In this document: positions 48,791-60,544 of the stretch, piece by piece | Layout: each line of letters opens with the position of its first letter | Numbering within the stretch: the stretch's first letter is position 1 | Assembly: GCA_053919585.1 (NCBI GenBank) | Contig: CM132812.1 | DNA: 64,000 bases | Source: Euprymna scolopes | Lineage: Eukaryota | Reading direction: 5' to 3' (one strand) | The notes under the pieces: model-generated | Told to the model about the DNA's origin: nothing | Database searches by the model: none | What the model saw: only the letters and a program-made list of their open reading frames with translations | Program-made: the position numbers and the translations under genes

Positions 48791-49029
48791 CTACAGATAA
48801 AAACACACATTACAAAATTCCAACCTGGTTATTAACGAATATTTCTATAATTTATTTTTCGCTTTGTGGCAATTTTCCTGAGGAAATAATTCAGCCTTGT
48901 CGTTTATACATATAGTAGTAGATTGAGTTTGCCTTTTTTTCAATTTTCGTACGTACCGGGTTCAATTCCTTGTGTATCCTACACATTTTCTCATTAAAAA
49001 TAATTAGACATTTATCTGTGAGAGAGAGG

Positions 49030-49475
49030 GTTTTTTTGGGTTTTTTTACAAGGGGGTCACCACTTACCAAGGCCCGGAAGCCACTCAGGGATAAGGGTTA
49101 TTGTAAGTACAGTACGTTAGTGTGGATATTTAAAGTGTCTACTTAAGAGGGAGGTTAATCAGGAATTTGTTTACGTTGGACTTGAAGACATTCAAGTTGT
49201 AGTCAGGAGGGAAGCAGGCAGACGGAACAGAGTTCCACAGGCGTGCAGTTCTAAGAAAGAAGCTTTGATCATGGAATCTACGTTTTGATTTAGGCATAGA
49301 TAAAGAGTGGTGAAAGTTTTTGACAGTGGACTCAGCTAGACGGGTGTTTTTTGTAAAAGATTGGCGAGGGGGGCCAGAGATAGGAGTTCAGACGAGTCCC
49401 TGACATGGAAATAACGATAAAACAAAGATAGGAGTGCAACGTCTCTTCTGTGGGAGGGAGATGTTGCAGGGAAGA
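49030..49475 (-). mobile_element. 3' fragment of CR1-group LINE (related to 31715-34297)
   Basis: SHRRDVALLSLFYRYFH..RTARLWNSVPSACFPPDYNL.VFKSNVNKFL plus 3' UTR cccttatccctgagtggcttccgggccttg and A-rich tail. Confidence 0.92.
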
Positions 49476-49721
49476 GAAAAGTATTTATTAAATATTGGCT
49501 ACACTTTATGTGTGTCATGCTTAGCGAAGTCATGTTTTTTTTTCTCATCCTCTTCGACGTGCAGTCCGTCGAGCAGGGAAATGTTTATTTTAATCGGATT
49601 AAAATCCAACGTACTTCTAATTGTGCGAATACTCGCTTTAGCCAATAAAATAAAATATACTACAATTTATTTGCTTGAGTTTTTTTTTTTTCTCTTTTTC
49701 CAAATGCTAATTTGGTCCTGC

Positions 49722-49990
49722 ATATGACCTTAAACTATATCCAGTGGTGAGACCCTAGCTTGCGGGCTTTGGGGCGTGTGGAGCCACCCTTTAATTGCCA
49801 TTGCTCCCAGGTCCACTCTGACCGGGAGTGGTAGTACCTGTTAGGGTCCCAACTATGGGTTAAATAGAAACCGACTTGAAAACAACAAATATATACTATT
49901 ACACTTTTTTTCTCCAAAATCTTTGGATTTGGCATTAAATAACCTGAAAAGGGTTGATATGCCGTAAAACAAAAACAACCAACCAACCGA
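49722..49990 (+). mobile_element. SINE-like element fragment with a simple-repeat tail
   Basis: GC-rich body (ccaggtccactctgaccgggagtggtagtacc) ending gttgatatgccgtaaaacaaaaacaaccaaccaacc, a tail style typical of I/Nimb/Ingi-mobilised SINEs. Confidence 0.6.
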
Positions 49991-50419
49991 ACAAATGCTA
50001 ATTTCTTTTAACCTTAGAAGTATTAGCGAGTCATGCTTTTTAGAACGACTTGTTTTTTTCAACATTACTTGCATGTATAGAGATAGAAAAATGTACTTAC
50101 TGAAAACATTGTATCGTGTATTCTGTTGTAGCGATTCTCAACGTTATGAGTTCTGTTTTAACTCGTAGTTACGCTTGTAGTAGCTTTCTTTAATAACAAA
50201 TGCTTTTGACGACGTCTTTGTTTTTTTTTTTTATCCTGTGTTTGTGGATTTTTTACGATCGAGTGTTGTTATGTTTTTCCCAAACGTTACCAACTACTTT
50301 TTCCCCGTTCTTCACCGAACGTTTGAAAGGAAATAATTTTGAAGTTTCGACTTTTCCCCAAGTGCAGGAAAACATTATTTTGAACTTACGCGTGTTCTTT
50401 TTTCTTGAATTATTTTTTT

Positions 50420-50575
50420 TCTTGAAATCCAATGTAAACAAATTCCTAATGAACCGTACCCTTAAGTAAAACACTTTATCAAATCTTCAACACTAACGTA
50501 CTGTACATACAATAACCCCTATCCCTGAGTGGCTTCCGGGCCTTGATAAGTGGTTACTACCTTGTAAACAAACAA
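50420..50575 (+). mobile_element. Short 3' end of the same CR1-group LINE, opposite orientation to 49030-49475
   Basis: LKSNVNKFLMNRTLK* and atccctgagtggcttccgggccttg..cttgtaaacaaacaa. Confidence 0.88.
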
Positions 50576-50699
50576 TTTTTGGGTCGCCAAATGTTATTTT
50601 CCAATGACTGTTTTTTTTTATGTGTGACTCCTTGCCCGAATATTCATCATCCAGTTGTTGTTAACAATTGTTGTAGATTGATCCGGGAAATTCTTGAGT

Positions 50700-50959
50700 T
50701 ATCCTCGTCACCCACTGGTTGTAGACTCGTGCTAGGGGTCACAGATGGAAGACACTACAAGTAGTGCAAAGTGTAACATTATAATATGTATTTATCATAA
50801 AGAATACAGGTGTCACTAAAGTGGTATGATATGGACGTGTTTGTAGCATGTGGTTAAACATGGTATGAAGGCTCAATCTAGTCTCTGAAACCAGTGATAT
50901 TTATAGTACTGGTTAATTGCACTTAGTTCTCTAAGTGGATTAATTTGTACCCCACAACA
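50700..50959 (-). mobile_element. Probable Gypsy 5' LTR with primer-binding site (possibly belonging with the 47199-48790 remnant)
   Basis: Minus strand TGTTG...ctataaata...CTACA then TGGGTGACGAGGAT (PBS-like). Confidence 0.6.
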
Positions 50960-50968
50960 ATTATCATA

Positions 50969-51050
50969 CTAGCCGGGTTGCCCGGGTGTTTGGAGGTGTA
51001 TGTTAAGCAAAAAATGGAGTAGTCAGGTTTACTAATATCCTAATCTTTCT
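50969..51050 (-). mobile_element. Helitron 3' end fragment (family of 29967-30385)
   Basis: A|CTAGccgggttgcccgggtgtttggaggtgtatgttaagcaaaaaa nearly matches 29967-30025. Confidence 0.85.
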
Positions 51051-51053
51051 TCG

Positions 51054-51360
51054 GGGCCCGTGGCGCAATTAATAGAGACGTTGAATCTCTACGGGTCATG
51101 TGAGAATTGTCTGAATATAGCGGTTTCAATCCTACCAAAAGCCAGCCAGAGACTTACTTGGCCCAAAACTTGGCCCAAACCTGGTGACAACAACTATGGA
51201 TGGCAGTAATTGTTGAGAGTGCAGTTAGGAGAAATTGAGTTCCTATCCGTCGAGGTTACCACCTGACGAAGATCAGAGAGATAGTTGGCCGAATCGTCGT
51301 GAAACATCTAAGAAAGATGAGGATAATAGTCCGCAATTAATAAATAAATTAACCAGTAAT
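51054..51360 (+). mobile_element. tRNA-headed SINE ending in a Penelope-type hammerhead motif
   Basis: Head gggcccgtggcgcaattaatag..ggtttcaatcctacc (box A/B, tRNA-Arg-like); cacCTGACGAagatca..tggccGAAtcGTCgtg at 51260-51301; AT-rich tail. Confidence 0.75.
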
Positions 51361-51575
51361 TTTATTATAAATTCTGTTTAAGTGAACTAAAATTACAAAT
51401 ATTTGTTTGCAAAGATAGCTGAAAAGGTAATTTATGAACTGTAAATATTGTTTGGAATTAGGTCGAAAAATGAGTGAGAGGTGAAACTTAAAAGCGGTTC
51501 TAAATGAGTAAAACGAACATGTAACCATAAATATTTTAAACGCTGTTTAAATAATAAATAAATATTTACTTAGAA

Positions 51576-51649
<74 letters not shown>

Positions 51650-52589
51650 GAAAAAGTAAGAGATAAGGCGGAGAAAGATTAAAAGAGAAAAGGTACAGTT
51701 AATATATTACAGAAAAAATATTATTATTTTACCCGGGCGATTAATCCTGTTATTCTCATTTAAAATTTCTTAGGCGAGTGTTTTTGGTTGGTCACAGTTA
51801 ACTCACGCCGAATATAATTATCACTAAATATTAAACAGCAAAAACCGGCTAAGTTCAATCAGGTCGTCGTTGCGTAGGTGTATGCGCTCCTCAGCACAGA
51901 TTATATGATTGTAGGATAGACCTCTTGTGCAGTAAGCCAAGGGGGTGAGCTGTAGATATTGCGCAACTACTTCATATATTTTACTCTCTATNNNNNNNNN
52001 NNNNNNNNNNNNNNNNNNNNNNNNNNNNNNNNNNNNNNNNNNNNNNNNNNNNNNNNNNNNNNNNNNNNNNNNNNNNNNNNNNNNNNNNNNNNNNNNNNNN
52101 NNNNNNNNNNNNNNNNNNNNNNNNNNNNNNNNNNNNNNNNNNNNNNNNNNNNNNNNNNNNNNNNNNNNNNNNNNCCCACAAATACACACACAACCACATA
52201 TATATATACACTCACACGCACACGCACACATATATATATAAACATAGAAAAAAGGCAATATTATGACACACTGACAATCGAAAGTCTCAGACAGGCGACG
52301 AACAACAGATAAACAAGCCTCAAGCTTGTTGAAGATAACATATGTGTAGCTTTTGCTTTAGAACCAAATCCCTTCAATCCACTAACCCTACAAACTCTAA
52401 CCCCTAACACTAACAGAAAAGTAATAAAGACACCGATAAATAAGTAATTAACCAAATACGAAAATAAATAAACTAACAAATTCGCACCCAATTCAACCCT
52501 GTTTTCTGCGAAGCTGAATCTTCACCTTAATGACCCGTTTATAAAAAAAAGCCTTCTTTTTGCTGAAAGTTTATTTTCGCTCTTCATAG

Positions 52590-52787
52590 CGTCGCTAGAA
52601 AGCACTTTTGACCAATATGAAAAGTCACGATCTTCATTGCATTTGACGAAGTCCAGACGGCGCTTTCTGTTCCTTACATAAATCCATGGTTTGCGTCTTG
52701 CAACATATGATCTCAAATAAAATTCCTTTAATCTGCTCTTGACAGTAGAAAGAGAGCACTTTTTAACAAGATTGCACTGTTGTTTGA
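52590..52787 (-). mobile_element. ~200-bp fragment of the Tc1 transposase at 11290-11487
   Basis: KQQCNLVKKCSLSTVKSRLKEFYLRSYVARRKPWIYVRNRKRRLDFVKCNEDRDFSYWSKVLSSD versus ORF 11301..11576. Confidence 0.95.
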
Positions 52788-52799
52788 AAAATATTGAAA

Positions 52800-53627
52800 A
52801 ATTGGCAAAAATGTTCATTTTTTGACTCCGGAATCGACAATTTTCGACAGGGAGAGGGGTCAACAAAAACGGTCCTCTCATGACGACGACCGGTTCTACG
52901 CATGCGTCAGATGACGTCATGACCTGATTTACTTTAAATAGTTGGAAAACTGACTAAATGTCATGTACGTCGCGTTAGCTCAGTTAGTAAGCGCGTTGGT
53001 TCATTATCTAAACGATTTAGGTTCGAATCTTGGTGTAAAATATCTTCTTTTTTCGATTTTTTAAATTTAAATATTGAACCAGTGTTATATAAGCAATTTT
53101 TCACGTGACGTTCGTTTTTCTGGGTTTTTCTTTGTTTTTTTTTTACTTCTCTTATCCAACCCGACCACAAACCCGCAAACACCTGGGTACCCACCGATGT
53201 TTTAAATTTTAATATCGAAACAGGCTGATCTAATTTTTGTTTTTTCGATTTTTACATTTAACATGTTCGTTTGCCTTACGTTATTTTTTTGGTGTTTGTT
53301 TTTTCGATGTTTTGATACCCCACCGCTTAAGTTTTAATGTGTTTTCTTTTTTACTTCGCTTATAACAAACAAACCTTGTCATTGACATCATTTGCTGAAT
53401 AGCTATTGCTCTACGACTTCCGTGCGCGCACCTGTCAATTTGGTTCTGGCTTAAATAAATTCAAACATCTTTTAGTAACTCATTCTGGCTGGCCGATTTT
53501 ATTTTCAAACTTCGCCTCAGGGTTCGGGTTCGATCCTACCAACTTTTACCCCCCTCCCCCGGTTTCTTTTTTACTTAATACCACACCGACCTACAAACAC
53601 CCGCGCAACGCCGGGTACCGCCGTTAG
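52800..53627 (+). mobile_element. Non-autonomous Helitron-derived region with two successive 3' ends and an internal tRNA-like segment
   Basis: aaacacctgggtacccaccgatgt (53177-53200) and aaacacccgcgcaacgccgggtaccgccgTTAG|T (53595-53628); atgacgtcatg shared with the element at 23494. Confidence 0.7.
52969..53035 (+). pseudogene. Decayed tRNA-like sequence (resembles elongator tRNA-Met, CAT in loop)
   Basis: gtcgcgttagctcagttagtaagcgcgttggttcattatctaaacgatttaggttcgaatct: box A and box B present, acceptor stem does not pair. Confidence 0.6.
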
Positions 53628-54310
53628 TTTTAACATAAATTTCAAAATTATCATGTGACCATGATGTAATTTATGCGATTCATCAATCGTTATTCGAATG
53701 TGCAGCGTTATTATATGGATTCTTGAACAATGCATAGTAGAATCTACGGTGCTGTCAGAAGACATGCTTTTAAGAAAATGTAGTGTCTGTTCATTATATC
53801 AAATTTAGCAATCTAGTGAATAATCTAATGAAAAAGTTTTACGAATATGAGCAAAATATGTAAGTCGAATTAACATCTGATATGAAAAAATTGTTCTTTG
53901 CAAATTGTCAAAATTTTAGAAAAGTGAGATAAAACATTGATAATATGAAAGTTACATGCGTTCGGAGAAAATACATGTTTCTCTTCTTTAAAGATTTATA
54001 TTTTATCGTTTGTCGTCAAACTTAACATGCTCAATAACATCATCTATCTAGATAAAACATATGTATTATATGAGTGTTAAATCCATAAACTCTTAAACTA
54101 CTGAAAACTGAAATTAACAGATATGTTTATATTGAATAAAATATTTGTTTCAGTGGATGAATACAGTCTACGGAAATATGTTGCTAGGTTCAAATGCAAA
54201 ACTTTATCTTGCATTATTTCTTTTCGATAAGAATATCTGCTGTAAAATTAAACCAATATTTTATGTTCAATTATCAATGTGTCTAAATTGAAATTATAAA
54301 ACAAATCACA

Positions 54311-54640
54311 TAGACAGTTTAAAGCTTCCAAATCACACGAAATCTGGGTCTCGACTCTAGTAGTCGTATAAGGGTTATTACTATTTTTATTTAGTGTATA
54401 AAGAAAGAATTTCAGTCATTTGTACGTTAAATAGGACCCGTTTATGTAGCTGTATTAAAAGGAAGAAAGAAAAAACAGTTTAGACAATTTAAAGGCTTCC
54501 AAATCACACAAAATCTTGGTCACGAATTAAAACACGTAAATTGTTGTTTGAATTTTTTTATTCAGCGTATAAAATAAGAATGTAAGTCAATCGTATTTTC
54601 TAAGGAAAAGAATGTTTAATCTAGCTTTTAGAAATGGAAG
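54311..54640. repeat. Diverged ~170-bp direct duplication
   Basis: tagaca(g/a)tttaaag(g)cttccaaatcacac(g/a)aaatct..ttatt(t/c)ag(t/c)gtataaa..aagaat..agtca at 54311 and 54481. Confidence 0.85.
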
Positions 54641-55409
54641 AAAAAGGAGGAATAACTATCAGCAAGTTCACGATGAGTCGGAAAACAGAAAAGATTTAGT
54701 TCGCTAGCGAAGCTGTGTAAGAAAAATAACATGTACGGTATATTTAATGTGAAAACGAAAGCAATCCTGGCTTATAAACATGTTTCGATAGGGTAATATG
54801 TTTTGTAATTGGGGCATTTTATTTAAAACGACGGCTTGTTGTATAGACGGAAGCAATGTTTGTAAATCTCTGGAACGTTAGCCTTTGTAGCAGGATTGAC
54901 ATTCTGGAATAAACGAATAATCAGTTCTAAGCCAATGAGGTTTGGCAGGATGCCTGTAGAGAGAAACCATAATGTTTTGAATCGAGAAATGGAAAGATTA
55001 TGCTATTTATATGAGCCAGATACAAAGGGTGCAAGCTCATATCTGTCCAAAATACGGAATAACTCCCGGTGTTGACTGGGGTCAGTAGGAAAACTATTTC
55101 TTTTTTTAAGAGAAAAGTAACAACTATCCCTATAGGTTTTATTGCCACTGTGATTATCTTGCTCCTAGGATGTAATGTAGGATTTTACTAATACGAATAA
55201 ATGTAAGATGGCGACCAAAAGTTTCGTAATATAGTTATTAATAGTCTAGACATAATAAAATAATATAAGAGCAAACCGTAGTGTAGTTTGGTTTAAAAGG
55301 GAATTTCTGCAATCAAACTATTATACATGGAGATAATTAAACATTTTTCTTTTATATCTACATATACTATTGCATCCTGCTTACGCAATCATCAGTGTAA
55401 GATGATAAT

Positions 55410-55490
55410 TCCTGTTGATCGAGAGATTCGAATCCAGCCATGAATCTACGTTTGCCTCCATACGCTAATCATTTAACTTCGGGACACCAA
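55410..55490 (-). mobile_element. tRNA-derived SINE head remnant
   Basis: Minus strand ggtgtcccgaagttaaatgattagcg...ggattcgaatctctcg (degenerate box A/B). Confidence 0.45.
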
Positions 55491-55904
55491 CATATTTTTT
55501 GTGGAAGATGATTTCACCAAAAAATATTACAATGCAACAAAGATAACAAAATGTTTTAACATTGTTTTTAAATTTTGTTGTTTAAACAATTACTCGAATA
55601 AAAAGATCATGCATATTAAAAATTAAAAGTATAAAACAAACAAAAATACGCCAATACGAATAGTGGAATACTATGGATATTTCTGAGCGGACATAATCTT
55701 CGAGGATTCTAGAAAGCATTCCAGCCAAAATTTACGATTCCAATCCATGAGTGTAAAACCAGAAACGACAATACATTTTACTAGATAGACAAGTGAAAAA
55801 TCTTCTGCTAGTTGGATTAGATCCCCGGAACTAGTCGGCTATAATAATAATCACTTGGAAAAAAATGGAGATATAAAATAATCGCGAATGTTGACTATAC
55901 GAAA

Positions 55905-55958
<54 letters not shown>

Positions 55959-57238
55959 AATTATTCGACAAGGAGTACAATTAAAACAAGAAAAACCTTA
56001 TTCCATTGAGTTTCGAAGAATGCACTTCTGCATATCAGAGGGAAGAGGTTCGCAAAATATACAATGAATTTGGCAGGTTAATATATAAGAATAAACAAAT
56101 AACATAACGTGTATCATATTTGACGGTTTTGAATGGTACAAGAAACGGTAAAATTATAGAAAAGGGATATCGTAAAATCGTATTGGAAAGATGTTAAATT
56201 CGAGAACAGAAAAAAAAATCCGATGTGCATCTGTTGACATTATATCGGTAATCCATGGCAAAACTGAAATATTAATATAGTTTAGGGAAAGGGGTGGTGG
56301 GAGAAAAAGAAAATTAAAAAGGGGGGAAAAGAGTATAAAAAGGAAGAAAGGGGTATTAAAAACAAGAGGAAAGGGGAGAGATAGACATAGTTAAAGGGTG
56401 ACAAATAGAAGGAAAGTGTTGAAGAAGAAAGTCGTATTTATCATTAGGAATAACAGGTCAGAAGAGTCAATTTGACAGGATCATAATTAAGTTTGATTAA
56501 TTTTAATGCAGATCTATAAATATAACTGTATCCATAAACATATATATATATATATGAATGTATTAATGCATATAAACACATGCATAAAAATAATAAAAAT
56601 AAAATAATTGTAATAGTATAGGAAAAAGTGAGACTAACGGGAAAAAAGCACAAGTAAAACGGATACAGCAGCTCTTTTAGTCTCATAAAAAATTAGAAGA
56701 CATTTTTATATTGAGTAAATTTATATCCAAAAGTTTAAGAGGACAGCTAAGTAATTTCGAATAGGTTATATTTGATTTTGTTTCTTATGATGACATTGGG
56801 AAATAAGTTCGCTGTTGGAATTAATTACGTTGATATTTTCGAGGGAGGAAGAAAGAGAGAGAGAGCAAAATATAAAGAGAAGAACACAAATTTAAAATGG
56901 TAAATCATAGTTTAGATGAACTTATTGTTCAACAAGATACTCAGATGAGATTTATTGAACGTTACTTAATTCGCGGAATAAGTATTTTCATCAAAGAAAA
57001 TATATTAGCAAATGAATATTATATCGAAGCTATAAATTCGCTAATATTGACATCAAGTGAAATAACATTTTATGAAAAGTAGCCATAAATACAAAAACAA
57101 TCGGCAACGACTTTAAAAAAATGCGGAATATTAAATATAAGAAGACATTAAAAGTCAAATATAGAAAAACAGATGGACAGATATTGATCATAGTGAAGTA
57201 TTAGTGTATAATGTGGCAGCCAGTGCCAATGGTCAACA

Positions 57239-57239
<1 letters not shown>

Positions 57240-57302
<63 letters not shown>

Positions 57303-57304
57303 TG
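57240..57304. repeat. (ATT)n microsatellite; (TA)n/(GT)n tracts also at ~3729, 12341, 14321, 21284, 21595, 29905, 30925, 31214, 34932, 45039, 45503, 51583 and 55909
   Basis: Directly visible simple repeats. Confidence 0.99.
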
Positions 57305-57784
57305 ATCAGAGCGACGGCGGACGTTGGATCGATTATTAGAATATAAAATCAATTACATTAAAATAATGTGAGAGTTGAAATAATAAAATGCTACGAAGAA
57401 ATGCTAACTTGGGGAATAATGGTAAAGAAAGTTCTAAAGGAATTTTAGTTTACGTAAACGAAATATTTAGATTTAAACCTCGCTCAGAGTTGTGGTTTGG
57501 GACACGAAATGATGATGTGGCGATACGCAGATTTGAGTAGAACGGCAGCGAACACTGACGACTCAAGAAGGAGTTTGTTTCTCTTCATGTCGGGGGGGGC
57601 GCGTCTTCCGAGATTGTCAAGATGTGAAGACGTTGTAATCGCTAAGGATGACGGAATGTTTTATATATAAACCAGAAATGTGTTTGGTTTTGCTTTTAAA
57701 TCCATACATTATTTCTTCATTCTTTATTCTACTGTTTTCTGTAAGTCAGAGTTATATTGAAATTTAAAACTTATCACTTTTTTA

Positions 57785-57860
57785 CGGAACCGATATCTAC
57801 AGACAATGCTCGCCTAGAATCGTAGATATAAAACGCTTCTATCCACTGCGCCACGGGCTT
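57785..57860 (-). mobile_element. tRNA-derived head homologous to 51054-51140
   Basis: Minus strand gcccgtggcgcagtggatagaagcgttttatatctacgattctaggcgagcattgtctgtagatatcggttcc. Confidence 0.75.
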
Positions 57861-57992
57861 CAAAAATCCATCAAGATAAGATTTTTTGGTTTTATCAATT
57901 CCAATCTTTCTTTCTTATCTGGTCTTTCCTTGTTGGGTCCGTAATGAAAGGTATTATATAATATTACTTATTTTATAATTCTTTTAGATGAG

Positions 57993-58270
57993 TATTTATT
58001 TGCAGACTGCTATTCTCATCTTCATAGGAAATATGGAGATAACGGTTTCAATACTACCTAAAGCAAGCATGAGGTTTATTTGCTCAAAACGTGGTGTTTC
58101 AACAAATATGGAAGACAGTAATTTCTGTGGAAACAGTTAAGAAGCTAAGCATTTCTATCCTGTTGCGGTTGATGTCTGAAGAAGGCCGGACAATAAGTTG
58201 GGCGAAGCGTGGCGAAACAACAAACATGAAGGCGGAGATGACAGTTTGCAAATAAATAAGTAAATTCACA
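57993..58270 (+). mobile_element. Second, older copy of the hammerhead-SINE body (58075-58270) preceded by an inverted partial copy of its own 3' end (57993-58050)
   Basis: caac(a)aatatggaagacagtaat..cagttaagaag..ttctatcc..ggtt..CTGAAGAaggcc..gggcGAAgcgt..gatgacagtttgcaaataaataag aligns with 51180-51350. Confidence 0.75.
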
Positions 58271-60544
58271 AGTTACTCATCTCCAAGTATACAGAAGGAA
58301 TAAAAATAATATATAAGATTGGACAGTAACTCTCGCTTCCAGATTTTGTCTTTCAGTTTATATGTTCCACGAAAAGAAAAATGATCTTTTCTGGTCCTAA
58401 ATTTACGTCAGAAATATTTATCGTTGCTTAGTTATTTTTCTTTCTTTTAACTCAAAACATCAGACGGTTAAATTACCTGTCTGAATGACGCAGGTGATAT
58501 CAAAAACGGCTCATTTATCTGTGTATGAAACAGAAACTTATTATTTAAATATATTTTTCCATGATTTAAAAAATCGTTTTCCAACTTTCAGAATTGATTA
58601 TATAATGTTATAATTTGAATTTCCAAAAATCTTAATGCTGCCATAATTTAAGTTATGAATTTATTATATTTATTACTAGAAAACCGTATCCCTTTCTTTT
58701 CAAGTTTAAACAACTAGTCCTTTACTTTTCCATGTTTAAGCTAAACCATATAATTTTTCAAGCTCGCATTTTTCTATTGTAATCCATGATTTTTCCAGGC
58801 TTCTAATAAATTCACTTGTTCTTTTTTTTTATTTCAATCCCCTCCTCAAAAATACATTTGTAATATCAATGTACGATCCTCGTCTGATTTCAATAAAATC
58901 TCCCAATTATCTCCCCTTCGTGTTTTCATTAGTGAATTAGTAGCAACAGTAGTCGCTGAAGCGACGCGGTTACTATGGAAACCAATCATAAAACACGTCT
59001 CTCACCGCCTCATATATTTTACGATTTTGAACAACAGTAAATTCTTCATAACTTTTGATTTACTGAACAAAAATTGATTTTTTTTCATATTATAGCTAAG
59101 AATGAGGTATATAAACTGCAATAATTGTTTGAAATTTAGTCTAAAAATTTAGTGAGCGGTGAAGCTTTAAAGTAGTTCTAAATGCAACTAACTGCCATTA
59201 ACGTATTTTGATGATATTTGCTTTTTTTGTTTTTGTTTTTCCGCTGACAAATTATTGGCAATTTGTGACAAATTGCATCGATAAGAAACCAGGTAAAATT
59301 CAGATCATTTTAACTAAACATCTCTTATCGTTAGCGTTCCTCTATTCCAAATAACAATGGAATTTTTAGCCTCAAATTGATGTGTTGCTTCTTCTACACG
59401 AACTCTGAAAACCTATCTTAAATCGATATGTTAATTAGCGGATACTACAGGTGTGAGTTGTTTCTGGTTTCAAGAGCCTGGTTACAGCTTTCTACCCTCT
59501 CTACCTTTCGTTTCCTGCTAGTGTCTCCTCTCATAAACCTTCTTGAAGTATACTTTTACAACTTTTCTGTAACGGCTTCAATATTCAGATACGGATACGG
59601 AGTCAGTTCGATTGCAGCTTTTCTCATATTTCGCTTGTAGACATCCTTAACGCCATAAATAATTGTCAACCACCCTGATATGACTACGTAACAGAACTGG
59701 TCGTAGGATGACGCAGAACAAACAGACTTGAGTGCCTTCTTCATCAGCGGCCGTGTTGTTTAAGATGTTGTTCTGGACATGGATTTCTTGAGTTCTTTTG
59801 AGCTTGTTCAAGTGAAAACTGTTGAGTTAGTTGTCTTGACGTAACAAGAGGGTTCATGATACAATGTCATATAGCTGCGTGTTAAACGCACAAATCCGTT
59901 TTTGTATTGAGAGTTAAAAACCGATTGTTTCAAACTCATTAGCCTCTTATCGCTTGTTCTGTTCAACGTCCAGGATAGGAGTCCTGGATTTAGTAGAACT
60001 CAAAACGGACTTTAGAATGTAGATGATAATGTTGATTTTTATGGCATTGTTTATATCCTGTGCGAGGATGTTAGCGTGTAATAGGCTGATGTTCGTCGAA
60101 ACCCCTTGACACGCATGCGTAAAGCAATGTAACAGTCGCTGCAATGCTTCTTAGAGTGTGCCGGAAGAGAGAGACAGACAGACAGACAGAGAGGGGGCTA
60201 CTGTTCAGTATTTGTGTAAAATATTACATAACTGATTTTTCCCCTATTTTTGATTATCCGTTACATTACTACCATTGCTAAATTAATTTTGTTTAAATCC
60301 CGCATTTCCATCCATGCTCACCACCGCCCACCGAAAATTACCAACTATTACCGAATGAGCAGACGTTAAATTGTAACAAACACACATCCGTAAAGTTGTT
60401 TATGTCTGCGTTGCCAATCTACTTACATGTAACATTTTCTTGCATTATTTACAACACGTAAGCGTACTATTTTTTTTTGTTTGTTTGTTTACAAATACTG
60501 TGTCAATAAAATTCTTACTTTCTTTTATAGTTATGCGTAATTGA

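Noticed and set aside
52375-52412. Interstitial telomere
   Set aside because: Only a few degenerate taaccc-like units; more likely part of a repeat element.
52969-53035. Functional tRNA gene
   Set aside because: Acceptor and anticodon stems do not pair properly, and it lies inside a repeat.
54927-55148. LINE RT fragment (LDSKHYGF..SCQTSL)
   Set aside because: Only a faint resemblance to QYGFR..SC; too degraded to support a call.
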